Under the pieces are notes generated by a model. It searched no databases and was not told the origin of the DNA. It was given only the letters and a program-made list of their open reading frames with translations. The position numbers were made by a program, and so were the translations under genes. This document shows positions 25,538-32,000 of a stretch of 32,000 nt of DNA, piece by piece. Origin of the DNA: Promethearchaeum syntrophicum. GTDB taxonomy: Archaea; Asgardarchaeota; Lokiarchaeia; Sigyniarchaeales; Promethearchaeaceae. The number at the start of each line of letters is the position of its first letter. Within the stretch, counting starts at the first letter, position 1. The stretch is from the NCBI RefSeq assembly GCF_008000775.2, contig NZ_CP042905.2, forward strand, positions 1,500,001 to 1,532,000, in the 5' to 3' direction.

Positions 25538-28282
25538 TTAATCTGAAAAACCAAGATATTCTAAAATCTGATTTAATTTTTCTTTATTTTTAGAATCTTC
25601 AGGATCAGATTTTAATTTCTTTTTTAGAAATACAATTTCACCTGCTTTTTGCTCTATAGCGTAAAGTAATGTCTTCCAATTGTTAAAATCGTTCATTAAT
25701 GAAGCAATAATTTCATCATTAGCGAAATTTTTAAATATTTTTTCATCTTTATCTTCTTTCTTATCTCTTCTTGTTTTGGTCTTCACTGATTTTCGTGCAG
25801 ATTTGTTAATCCGGTTGTTCGCATTGTTAATTATCCTTTTTAACACAGATTGGTCCTGCAAGATTTTTCGAATTGTTTCTTCAAGAATTTCTTCATAAGA
25901 GTCAATATCATTGGGTAATATATCGTTTTGGAGCAAAATATCACGTAACATAATGTATGTCCTTTCTAGATCCTCCAAAAATGGTGAAATCTCTTTTTTA
26001 AAATGTTCGCGTTCATTGTCCAGGTCTGCGTCTCCTAAAATTGAATCTGATTGAAAAACATGACTTTCTTGGTCATACACTCCAGTTAATCTCTTTTGTT
26101 CCATTAAATCTAGTAAAATTTTTTCAAGATACATAATACCTTCTTCACTTAATGTAATTTCTTCAATAACTGATGAATTGAGATCAATATAGCTTTTGGC
26201 TTCTATCATTCGTTCTTGAATTCCTCTTTCAGTTAGGAATTTTTCATTTTCCTTAATCCATAATCCGCTTATTTCTCCATTTTTGAGTAAATTTTCCAAA
26301 ATATTAATAAGAATGTGAGAGGAACACTTATATTTAGATACAAGTTCATTAATTTTCATTACATTGAGATTAAGAACATTTTCTTTAATTGATTGAGATA
26401 ATTTATTTTGTTCCTCATCGATTCTTTTCTTTGAAAAAATAATTTTATCATGGATAATTAAATACCCATCAGGTTTCTCTAAAGAATCGACAAATTTTAG
26501 AAATTCTTTCTGATCCATCTGTAAATCTCGTAACAGTGGATTAATTAAAAACTCATCTTTCTCAGAAAGCATTTTACCGATTTTATTGAGTTTTTCATCA
26601 ACTTTTTGAGAAATTTCATCCTTATCAACCTGAAGTTCGTCTGCTAAAGAATCTATTAATTTTTCTCTTTTAACAGCATCTAATTCATTTTGAATTGAGG
26701 AAATTCGCTTTTTGACATATTTAGAGAAATAGAAATTCTTTTCTTCTTTATTCCAGAAGCCATTTTTATGTTCAAATATTTTTTTGGTGATTTTATGTAA
26801 AATCGAAGGATGAATACCTAACTTTTCGGCTCTTTGTTCGACATTACAATCCCCAATTTGTTCGCAAATCCTTAATTCTTGTTGGATATTGGTAGTTCCT
26901 AAGTGGGTTAACCAAGAATGTTTATAGTGATATTTTGTAAAAATTTTTGTTCTACAGTATTCTTCCAATTTATAGAAATTTTCTTGAGTAAATCCTGATT
27001 TGTAAGGGCTAAGATCAATGATATTTGATCGATAACTTTCTTTTTCTATTTCTTGCGTGATTGCAGAAAAAGTATGGTATTTTGACTTCTCTAAATTATA
27101 TATTCCAAGAATTCCTTGAGTTTCAATTTCATTGATTAATTTATGGATGGTATCTTTATCGATTGATTTTGAATAATTTAAAATATCAATAGAGCCATAT
27201 TGTTGTAAACGTTGAAGAAATTCCTTTTTAAGGTAAGACCAATCATAATAATATTTTTTAGTAAAATACCCTCTAATAATGTGCTTCTCGAGCATACTTT
27301 TTATTAAAATCATTACGACTGCATTATTTTTTATGCCTAAATCATTGAATATTCTCACAATCTCATCCAATTTTATTTTTCGCTGAGAAAGGAATGATAT
27401 AATTTTCCCTTTTTCTAATTCAAGCAATTTTTTATGATTTTTATCAATGAATACTAGTGTATAAATCGTATCTTCATCAATCTGGCTGAGAAGATAATTT
27501 TCCACCTCTTCCAGAGATAAATTTTCCTGTTCCGAAATAATATTTAGATCTGTGAAGCGAATCAAAGTTGGGCGATTATCTATTTCTCTCAATATTTGAT
27601 TTTTTGACCAATTGGAATTCTCTCGTTTTTTAAGTAAAGGGATTTCTTTTTCAATTAAATTCAATATGATATCACTTATTTCAGCAGATTTATTATTCTC
27701 ATAGATGTCTCTCAATTGTTGGATATATTTTATGAGTATGATCAGGGACATTTTCGGCTGCAATCTTGAAAGTATATTTTGAGTTGTTTTTAGAACCTCT
27801 GAATTTGATTCGTCTTCTAAAATTTTGATAAAAATATTCAATTTCAATAAAAGCTGAGTATCAAATGAATCAGGAAATTGTTCTAAAAAGAAGCAAATAT
27901 TTTGCCGAGTTTCCGATTTTGAATCATATAACAGCTCAAGAAAACCATTTAAATGTGTCATATCTGAGTAATCTTCTTGAGATAAGAAATTCAGTAAACA
28001 AGAGCCATAAATAATTACCGCATTGATCTTTTCTTTTGTTTTATCCCCTTTAATGTAAGGGTCTATATCTGCAAATATTGAATGTGAAAAAGATTCGGGC
28101 ATTTCTTCTGCAATTAGTGAGAGAATGTAGAGAGCAGTATTTGATTCTTTTTTCAGCCATTTAATAACAGCATTTGAATGTGTCTCAAATTTGTTCCATT
28201 TCTCTCTTTCGTAATCTTCATTAATATTATTTATCAATTTAATTAATTTTTTATCCGTTAAATTTGGTATTTCAATAAACAT
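25538..28282 (-). CDS. Large (914 aa) uncharacterised protein: HEAT/ARM-like N-terminus followed by repeated winged-helix-like modules and coiled-coil segments
   Basis: It is a long uninterrupted ORF. At least five segments follow the pattern (label)-helix-x-G-x-I-x-G, for example SMLEKHIIRGYF, INEIETQGILGIYN, LENLLKNGEISGLWI, LLDLMEQKRLTGVYD. I recognise no catalytic motif. Confidence 0.6.
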   Translation of the reverse strand: MFIEIPNLTDKKLIKLINNINEDYEREKWNKFETHSNAVIKWLKKESNTALYILSLIAEEMPESFSHSIFADIDPYIKGDKTKEKINAVIIYGSCLLNFLSQEDYSDMTHLNGFLELLYDSKSETRQNICFFLEQFPDSFDTQLLLKLNIFIKILEDESNSEVLKTTQNILSRLQPKMSLIILIKYIQQLRDIYENNKSAEISDIILNLIEKEIPLLKKRENSNWSKNQILREIDNRPTLIRFTDLNIISEQENLSLEEVENYLLSQIDEDTIYTLVFIDKNHKKLLELEKGKIISFLSQRKIKLDEIVRIFNDLGIKNNAVVMILIKSMLEKHIIRGYFTKKYYYDWSYLKKEFLQRLQQYGSIDILNYSKSIDKDTIHKLINEIETQGILGIYNLEKSKYHTFSAITQEIEKESYRSNIIDLSPYKSGFTQENFYKLEEYCRTKIFTKYHYKHSWLTHLGTTNIQQELRICEQIGDCNVEQRAEKLGIHPSILHKITKKIFEHKNGFWNKEEKNFYFSKYVKKRISSIQNELDAVKREKLIDSLADELQVDKDEISQKVDEKLNKIGKMLSEKDEFLINPLLRDLQMDQKEFLKFVDSLEKPDGYLIIHDKIIFSKKRIDEEQNKLSQSIKENVLNLNVMKINELVSKYKCSSHILINILENLLKNGEISGLWIKENEKFLTERGIQERMIEAKSYIDLNSSVIEEITLSEEGIMYLEKILLDLMEQKRLTGVYDQESHVFQSDSILGDADLDNEREHFKKEISPFLEDLERTYIMLRDILLQNDILPNDIDSYEEILEETIRKILQDQSVLKRIINNANNRINKSARKSVKTKTRRDKKEDKDEKIFKNFANDEIIASLMNDFNNWKTLLYAIEQKAGEIVFLKKKLKSDPEDSKNKEKLNQILEYLGFSD

Positions 28283-28381
28283 GAGTTAGAATCAACCTTT
28301 CGTTATCTTTTATTAAATAAATATTGGATGTGCTCAAAATTTTATTGGTGCATATCATAAAAAATTAAGGTAAAAAAAAAA

Positions 28382-28849
28382 TTGGGAAGAACTAAAAAAG
28401 GTTTCAAAATAAATCGGATTATGGAACAAGAAAAAATAGAACATCGCGTTAAAATTACCTTAATTATTAATGGGATTGTTGATATCGCAATGGCTTTTTG
28501 TTTAATTATTATTCCTCGACTTTTTGCACAAATCCTTCAATTTGAGGATTTTAATGACAGTTTTCGCTTCTTAGCTGGAGGATATGGAATTGCTACATTA
28601 AGTTTTGGTATAACTCGTATTTGGGTAGCAAAAAAGAATTCATTTCTTTGGGAAACCGTCTTAGTAGGATTTATTGAAGGATTCCTTTTGGGAACTTTCT
28701 GTATGGCTATGGTGTTATATACAGAGATAACTATTATTAATGCTTTTTTACCAATATTAATCGGGTTTGGATTTATGATTATTCACTTATTATTTCTTAT
28801 TTCTCGAAAGAAATTAATCTTCAATAAGAAATTTCTACAGAAAACCTGA
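28382..28849 (+). CDS. Small integral membrane protein (4 predicted TM segments)
   Basis: Hydrophobic helices include ITLIINGIVDIAMAFCLIIIP, GYGIATLSFGITRIWV, VLVGFIEGFLLGTFCMAMVLY and LPILIGFGFMIIHLLFLI. The TTG start at 28382 follows an AGGT-A10 layout; an alternative ATG lies at 28421. Confidence 0.55.
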   Translation: MGRTKKGFKINRIMEQEKIEHRVKITLIINGIVDIAMAFCLIIIPRLFAQILQFEDFNDSFRFLAGGYGIATLSFGITRIWVAKKNSFLWETVLVGFIEGFLLGTFCMAMVLYTEITIINAFLPILIGFGFMIIHLLFLISRKKLIFNKKFLQKT

Positions 28850-28987
28850 AAGTTCTATTTAATTCTCTTTTTTTTTAAGATTAAAAAAGACACAATGTTT
28901 ATCAAAATATGGCTTATTATCTGGAAGATTTATTTCTTTTGGTATATTTCACATCCCATTTAGCAATTTCCTAAATTTCTAGAGAAA

Positions 28988-29740
28988 CTATTCAAATTTA
29001 TCATCTGGAAAAAGTTTGGGTAATATTTGAGGAATAGAGTTTATATCTGGAATAATATAGTCTGGATTGTGAAATTCTAATTCTCCTCGTGCACTATGAC
29101 CACTTAAAACTGCAATAGATTTAATTTTAGCGCGTTGGGCTGCTTGAACATCTGTGATAAGATCTCCGATAAATGCAACTCTGTTTCTATCAATTTTTGG
29201 AAAATGGTAATATTTCTTTATTTTAACTAATAATGCTAATAAAGGCACGGGACTTGGTTTAACACCATAAGTCTTTCTAACATCTCGAGAAATAAATAAC
29301 GGGAATAAATCATCAACATTTTTTAATTTAAACCACTTTGCAATTCGATCCCGATGTGAATTCGAAGCGGCTCCCAAAATAATTCCTTTTGAACGCAAAT
29401 ATCTGAGAGTTTCCTCCGTTCCTGGAAAGAAATCACTAAATTGCCAATCATATTTATCAATTTTTCTCCCCATCATCGCAATATAAACTAATCTTCTGAA
29501 TCTATTTGGGATTAATTCCTTAAAGTTTTTTAACATAGTAGCTAATGATGGAATCGATCGTTTCTTTGCTCCTGATTCAAACATTCTAATAATATCTACT
29601 GAAGTGGTTCGAGCGAGAATTTCATAATTCCAATTTGTAAACCGATCATGCATTGAATCAAGTGCTGCAAGAAAGTGACCTCGAGAGTCAAGTAAAACAC
29701 CATCGACATCAAATAACAAAATTGGAGGGTGGGGATGCAT
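28988..29740 (-). CDS. HAD-superfamily hydrolase (phosphoglycolate-phosphatase-like subfamily IA)
   Basis: Motif I is LLFDVDGVLLDS, motif II is GAASNS and motif III/IV is K...FIGDLITDVQAA. Confidence 0.8.
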   Translation of the reverse strand: MHPHPPILLFDVDGVLLDSRGHFLAALDSMHDRFTNWNYEILARTTSVDIIRMFESGAKKRSIPSLATMLKNFKELIPNRFRRLVYIAMMGRKIDKYDWQFSDFFPGTEETLRYLRSKGIILGAASNSHRDRIAKWFKLKNVDDLFPLFISRDVRKTYGVKPSPVPLLALLVKIKKYYHFPKIDRNRVAFIGDLITDVQAAQRAKIKSIAVLSGHSARGELEFHNPDYIIPDINSIPQILPKLFPDDKFE

Positions 29741-29800
29741 TTTTCTATCTATTTAATATTTGAATTTTAATGTTTATAATATTAATTTTATTGAGGGTTT

Positions 29801-30997
29801 TTATTCGGATTTTTTAATCAAAGGTATGAATTCTTCTTCATACTTTTTAACAATTTCATCCGCGCGATCTTCGAGTTCATTCTCCCAATATGGATTTTTC
29901 AACTGTTTCTCCTCGATATGCCAATTTTGATCTCGAAATTCAGTTGGAGGTTCCTCTTGCGAAAAACCCCATTTTTCATTAAAAGAATCAAGCCATTGTT
30001 CTGGTAAAGGGTCTCCAATCTTTACTCCCAATAATTCTGCTAAAAATAAAGACCATGACCTGGCAACAACTCCAACATTATAACCTCCGCCACCTAATCC
30101 GAGAAATTTATTATTACAATATTTTGGAACATTTTGGTTAATAATTTTAAATATTTTTTCATGCCCTGATGTAGAAAGACCCATGTTTGTGATTGGATCA
30201 GAGAAGTGGGTATCAACTCCTAATTGACAAACTAAATAATCAGGTCGATAAGCATCCATAATTTCAGGAACGAGTTTCTCAAAAATATTTATATAAACGG
30301 AATCAATCGTTCCTGGCAATAAAGGTACATTTAAGGCATATCCTTTGCCTTCTTCTTTACCATTTTCATCCAATAATCCTGATCCTGGAAACAAAGTATG
30401 CCCGTCTTGATGAAACGAAAGCGTTAACACATCTGACCTATCATAAAAAATCCATTGCACCCCATCTCCATGATGACAATCTATATCTAAGTACATAATT
30501 TTTGTGCCATTTGGCGATTTATCCAGAATATGTTGAATTGCTACCGCTGCATCATTTAGCAAACAAAACCCTGAAGCCATTTCGGGCATTGCATGGTGTA
30601 ACCCTCCCGTAATATTGAAACTTCTTGAAGAGTTTTCTTCCAAAATATAATCTGCTGCGGTTAATGAGGCACCGCATACTGCCATAGCCGCGTCATACAT
30701 TCCAGGGAAGATTGGGTTGTCTCCTGGTCCAAGTCCAAATTTAGGAAAAGCTTGGTATGGTGAACCCCCTACATTGTTGAGTTCTTTCAATTTATCTAAA
30801 TATCCGGCTTTATGAATACGTAACACTTCTTCTTCCGTTGCACTTCTTGGCGTAATTAATTTTAGATTCGGATTTTCAAAAAGATTATATGCTTTCATTA
30901 AATCATATGTAAGTTCAATGCGTTTTGGAGTCAAAGGGTGCCCAGAACCGAAATTGTATTGATTAAATTGCTCCGTAAAAATAAAACCAACTTCCAT
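29801..30997 (-). CDS. Histone deacetylase-family protein (AcuC/HDAC class I-like)
   Basis: It has GGLHHAMPEMASGFCLLND, YLDIDCHHGDGVQ and GGGGYN motifs. Confidence 0.85.
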   Translation of the reverse strand: MEVGFIFTEQFNQYNFGSGHPLTPKRIELTYDLMKAYNLFENPNLKLITPRSATEEEVLRIHKAGYLDKLKELNNVGGSPYQAFPKFGLGPGDNPIFPGMYDAAMAVCGASLTAADYILEENSSRSFNITGGLHHAMPEMASGFCLLNDAAVAIQHILDKSPNGTKIMYLDIDCHHGDGVQWIFYDRSDVLTLSFHQDGHTLFPGSGLLDENGKEEGKGYALNVPLLPGTIDSVYINIFEKLVPEIMDAYRPDYLVCQLGVDTHFSDPITNMGLSTSGHEKIFKIINQNVPKYCNNKFLGLGGGGYNVGVVARSWSLFLAELLGVKIGDPLPEQWLDSFNEKWGFSQEEPPTEFRDQNWHIEEKQLKNPYWENELEDRADEIVKKYEEEFIPLIKKSE

Positions 30998-31047
30998 ACC
31001 TAAAAAAATGTTTCCATCACTTTATTTTTTTCGAAAAGCAATAAAAT

Positions 31048-31578
31048 TTATAAAATAATTTTTTTGAAATCTTTTTTGAATTCGATTCCATGCTCATAAT
31101 AAAGTTCTGCTGTTTTTCTTGCTTCTTCAACTGCTTTTTCATCCAATTTTTTAATTAATTTTGCAGGATGCCCTAATATTAGACTCCTTTCTGGAAAATT
31201 TTTCCGTTCCGTCACTAAAGAACCTGCCCCAACCAGAGAACCTCGACCAATGGTAGTTTTTCCCATTATAATTGAACCAATACCAATTGTCACGAAATCC
31301 TTTAAAGTACATCCATGTATTACACAATTATGCCCGATAGTATTATATTCCCCTATATTTGTGCCGGAATCATGCAATCCATGTATTACTGTGCCACTTT
31401 GTATATTTGTGAATTTTCCAATTTTTATTTTGGTTCCAAGCCCTTCAAGCACAACACCGGAAAAAATCGTGCAACCTTCCCCAATTTCAACATCCCCAAA
31501 TATTATAACGTCATCGGCAATAAATCCCACATTAGGATTAATCTTAGGTTTACTATCTCTCAAAGCATAAACATTCAT
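31048..31578 (-). CDS. Gamma-class carbonic anhydrase-like / hexapeptide-repeat (LbH) protein
   Basis: Left-handed beta-helix hexapeptide repeats include IGEGCTIFSGVVL, IGHNCVIHGCTL and IGRGSLVGAGSLV. His residues are spaced as in the Cam/YrdA/PaaY family. Confidence 0.8.
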   Translation of the reverse strand: MNVYALRDSKPKINPNVGFIADDVIIFGDVEIGEGCTIFSGVVLEGLGTKIKIGKFTNIQSGTVIHGLHDSGTNIGEYNTIGHNCVIHGCTLKDFVTIGIGSIIMGKTTIGRGSLVGAGSLVTERKNFPERSLILGHPAKLIKKLDEKAVEEARKTAELYYEHGIEFKKDFKKIIL

Positions 31579-31610
31579 TTAAAAATCATCTAATATTGTT
31601 TTTTATTTTT

Positions 31611-32000
31611 CTAATCTTCATCTTCCTTAAGAAAATTGGAAAGCGTTTTCGCATCTTGCCCTTGCTTTTTGATGGTAATTGAAGATCCGATTCCTAAAAT
31701 CTGTCTTTCAATTTGTTGAATTTCAATAAGTGAAATTACTCCGCGTCTAATCATACCTTGTCGGAGATATTGTAACAATAGATCCAATTCAGGCATTATC
31801 TTTGGGGGAAAAATTTTTTGACGGATCTTAGCAAATAATTCATAATTTCTTTGTTTAATTATGTTAAGATATTGATTCGCGTTCGGTGCGAGTAATACGG
31901 CAAGAATTTGATCCATTTTGTTATCTATAGGCAATTCTACTCTCTGGGATCTTTGTTCTGCTTGTTTCTTCTTATTTAAGATTTCTTGCATTTTTTGCAT
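31611..32000 (-). CDS. PDCD5/TFAR19-type dsDNA-binding protein (archaeal DNA-binding protein family PF01984)
   Basis: It has a basic coiled N-terminus, then ILAVLLAPNANQYLNIIKQRNYELFAKI...LLQYLRQGMIRRGVISLIEIQQIERQI. The ATG is the very last codon of the window, so the true start could lie beyond the edge. Confidence 0.55.
   Translation of the reverse strand: MQKMQEILNKKKQAEQRSQRVELPIDNKMDQILAVLLAPNANQYLNIIKQRNYELFAKIRQKIFPPKIMPELDLLLQYLRQGMIRRGVISLIEIQQIERQILGIGSSITIKKQGQDAKTLSNFLKEDED

Overview
Visibly AT-rich, densely coded window that looks archaeal. This is inferred from a PDCD5-type dsDNA-binding protein, a DUF217-type VapB, a Dpo4/DinB polymerase, GGTGA-plus-A-run ribosome-binding sites and oligo-T gene ends; the lineage cannot be named without a database search. 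From left to right: (1) a membrane protein truncated by the left edge and an unannotated 54-aa ferredoxin; (2) an IS110-family element with about 550 nt of GC-richer, hairpin-rich non-coding DNA upstream of its transposase (candidate bridge RNA), plus a decayed gene fragment on its right flank; (3) a minus-strand run of a 1031-aa cell-surface protein (parallel beta-helix plus 48-aa acidic repeats), LarB and two adjacent SPPY-type DNA methyltransferases; (4) a hybrid PAS histidine kinase/receiver; (5) an IS4-like DDE transposase; (6) DinB, a CoA-transferase/GNAT fusion, an SRPBCC protein, an HExxH protein, a third (NPPY) methyltransferase, a membrane acyltransferase-like protein and vapBC; (7) the most unusual locus. 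This locus holds four tandem 137-138 bp cassettes, each encoding a 29-32 aa lysine-rich peptide too short for the ORF track. They are followed by a bactofilin-like 13-turn beta-helix protein with a poly-D/E N-terminal tail, then a closely spaced (likely co-transcribed) coiled-coil/RHH-like/winged-helix protein, with a convergent 914-aa HEAT-like multi-winged-helix protein; (8) ordinary housekeeping-type genes (small membrane protein, HAD hydrolase, HDAC/AcuC, gamma-carbonic-anhydrase-like protein, PDCD5-like protein). I found no rRNA, tRNA or CRISPR. All functional calls rest on motifs read by eye, and no searches were run.
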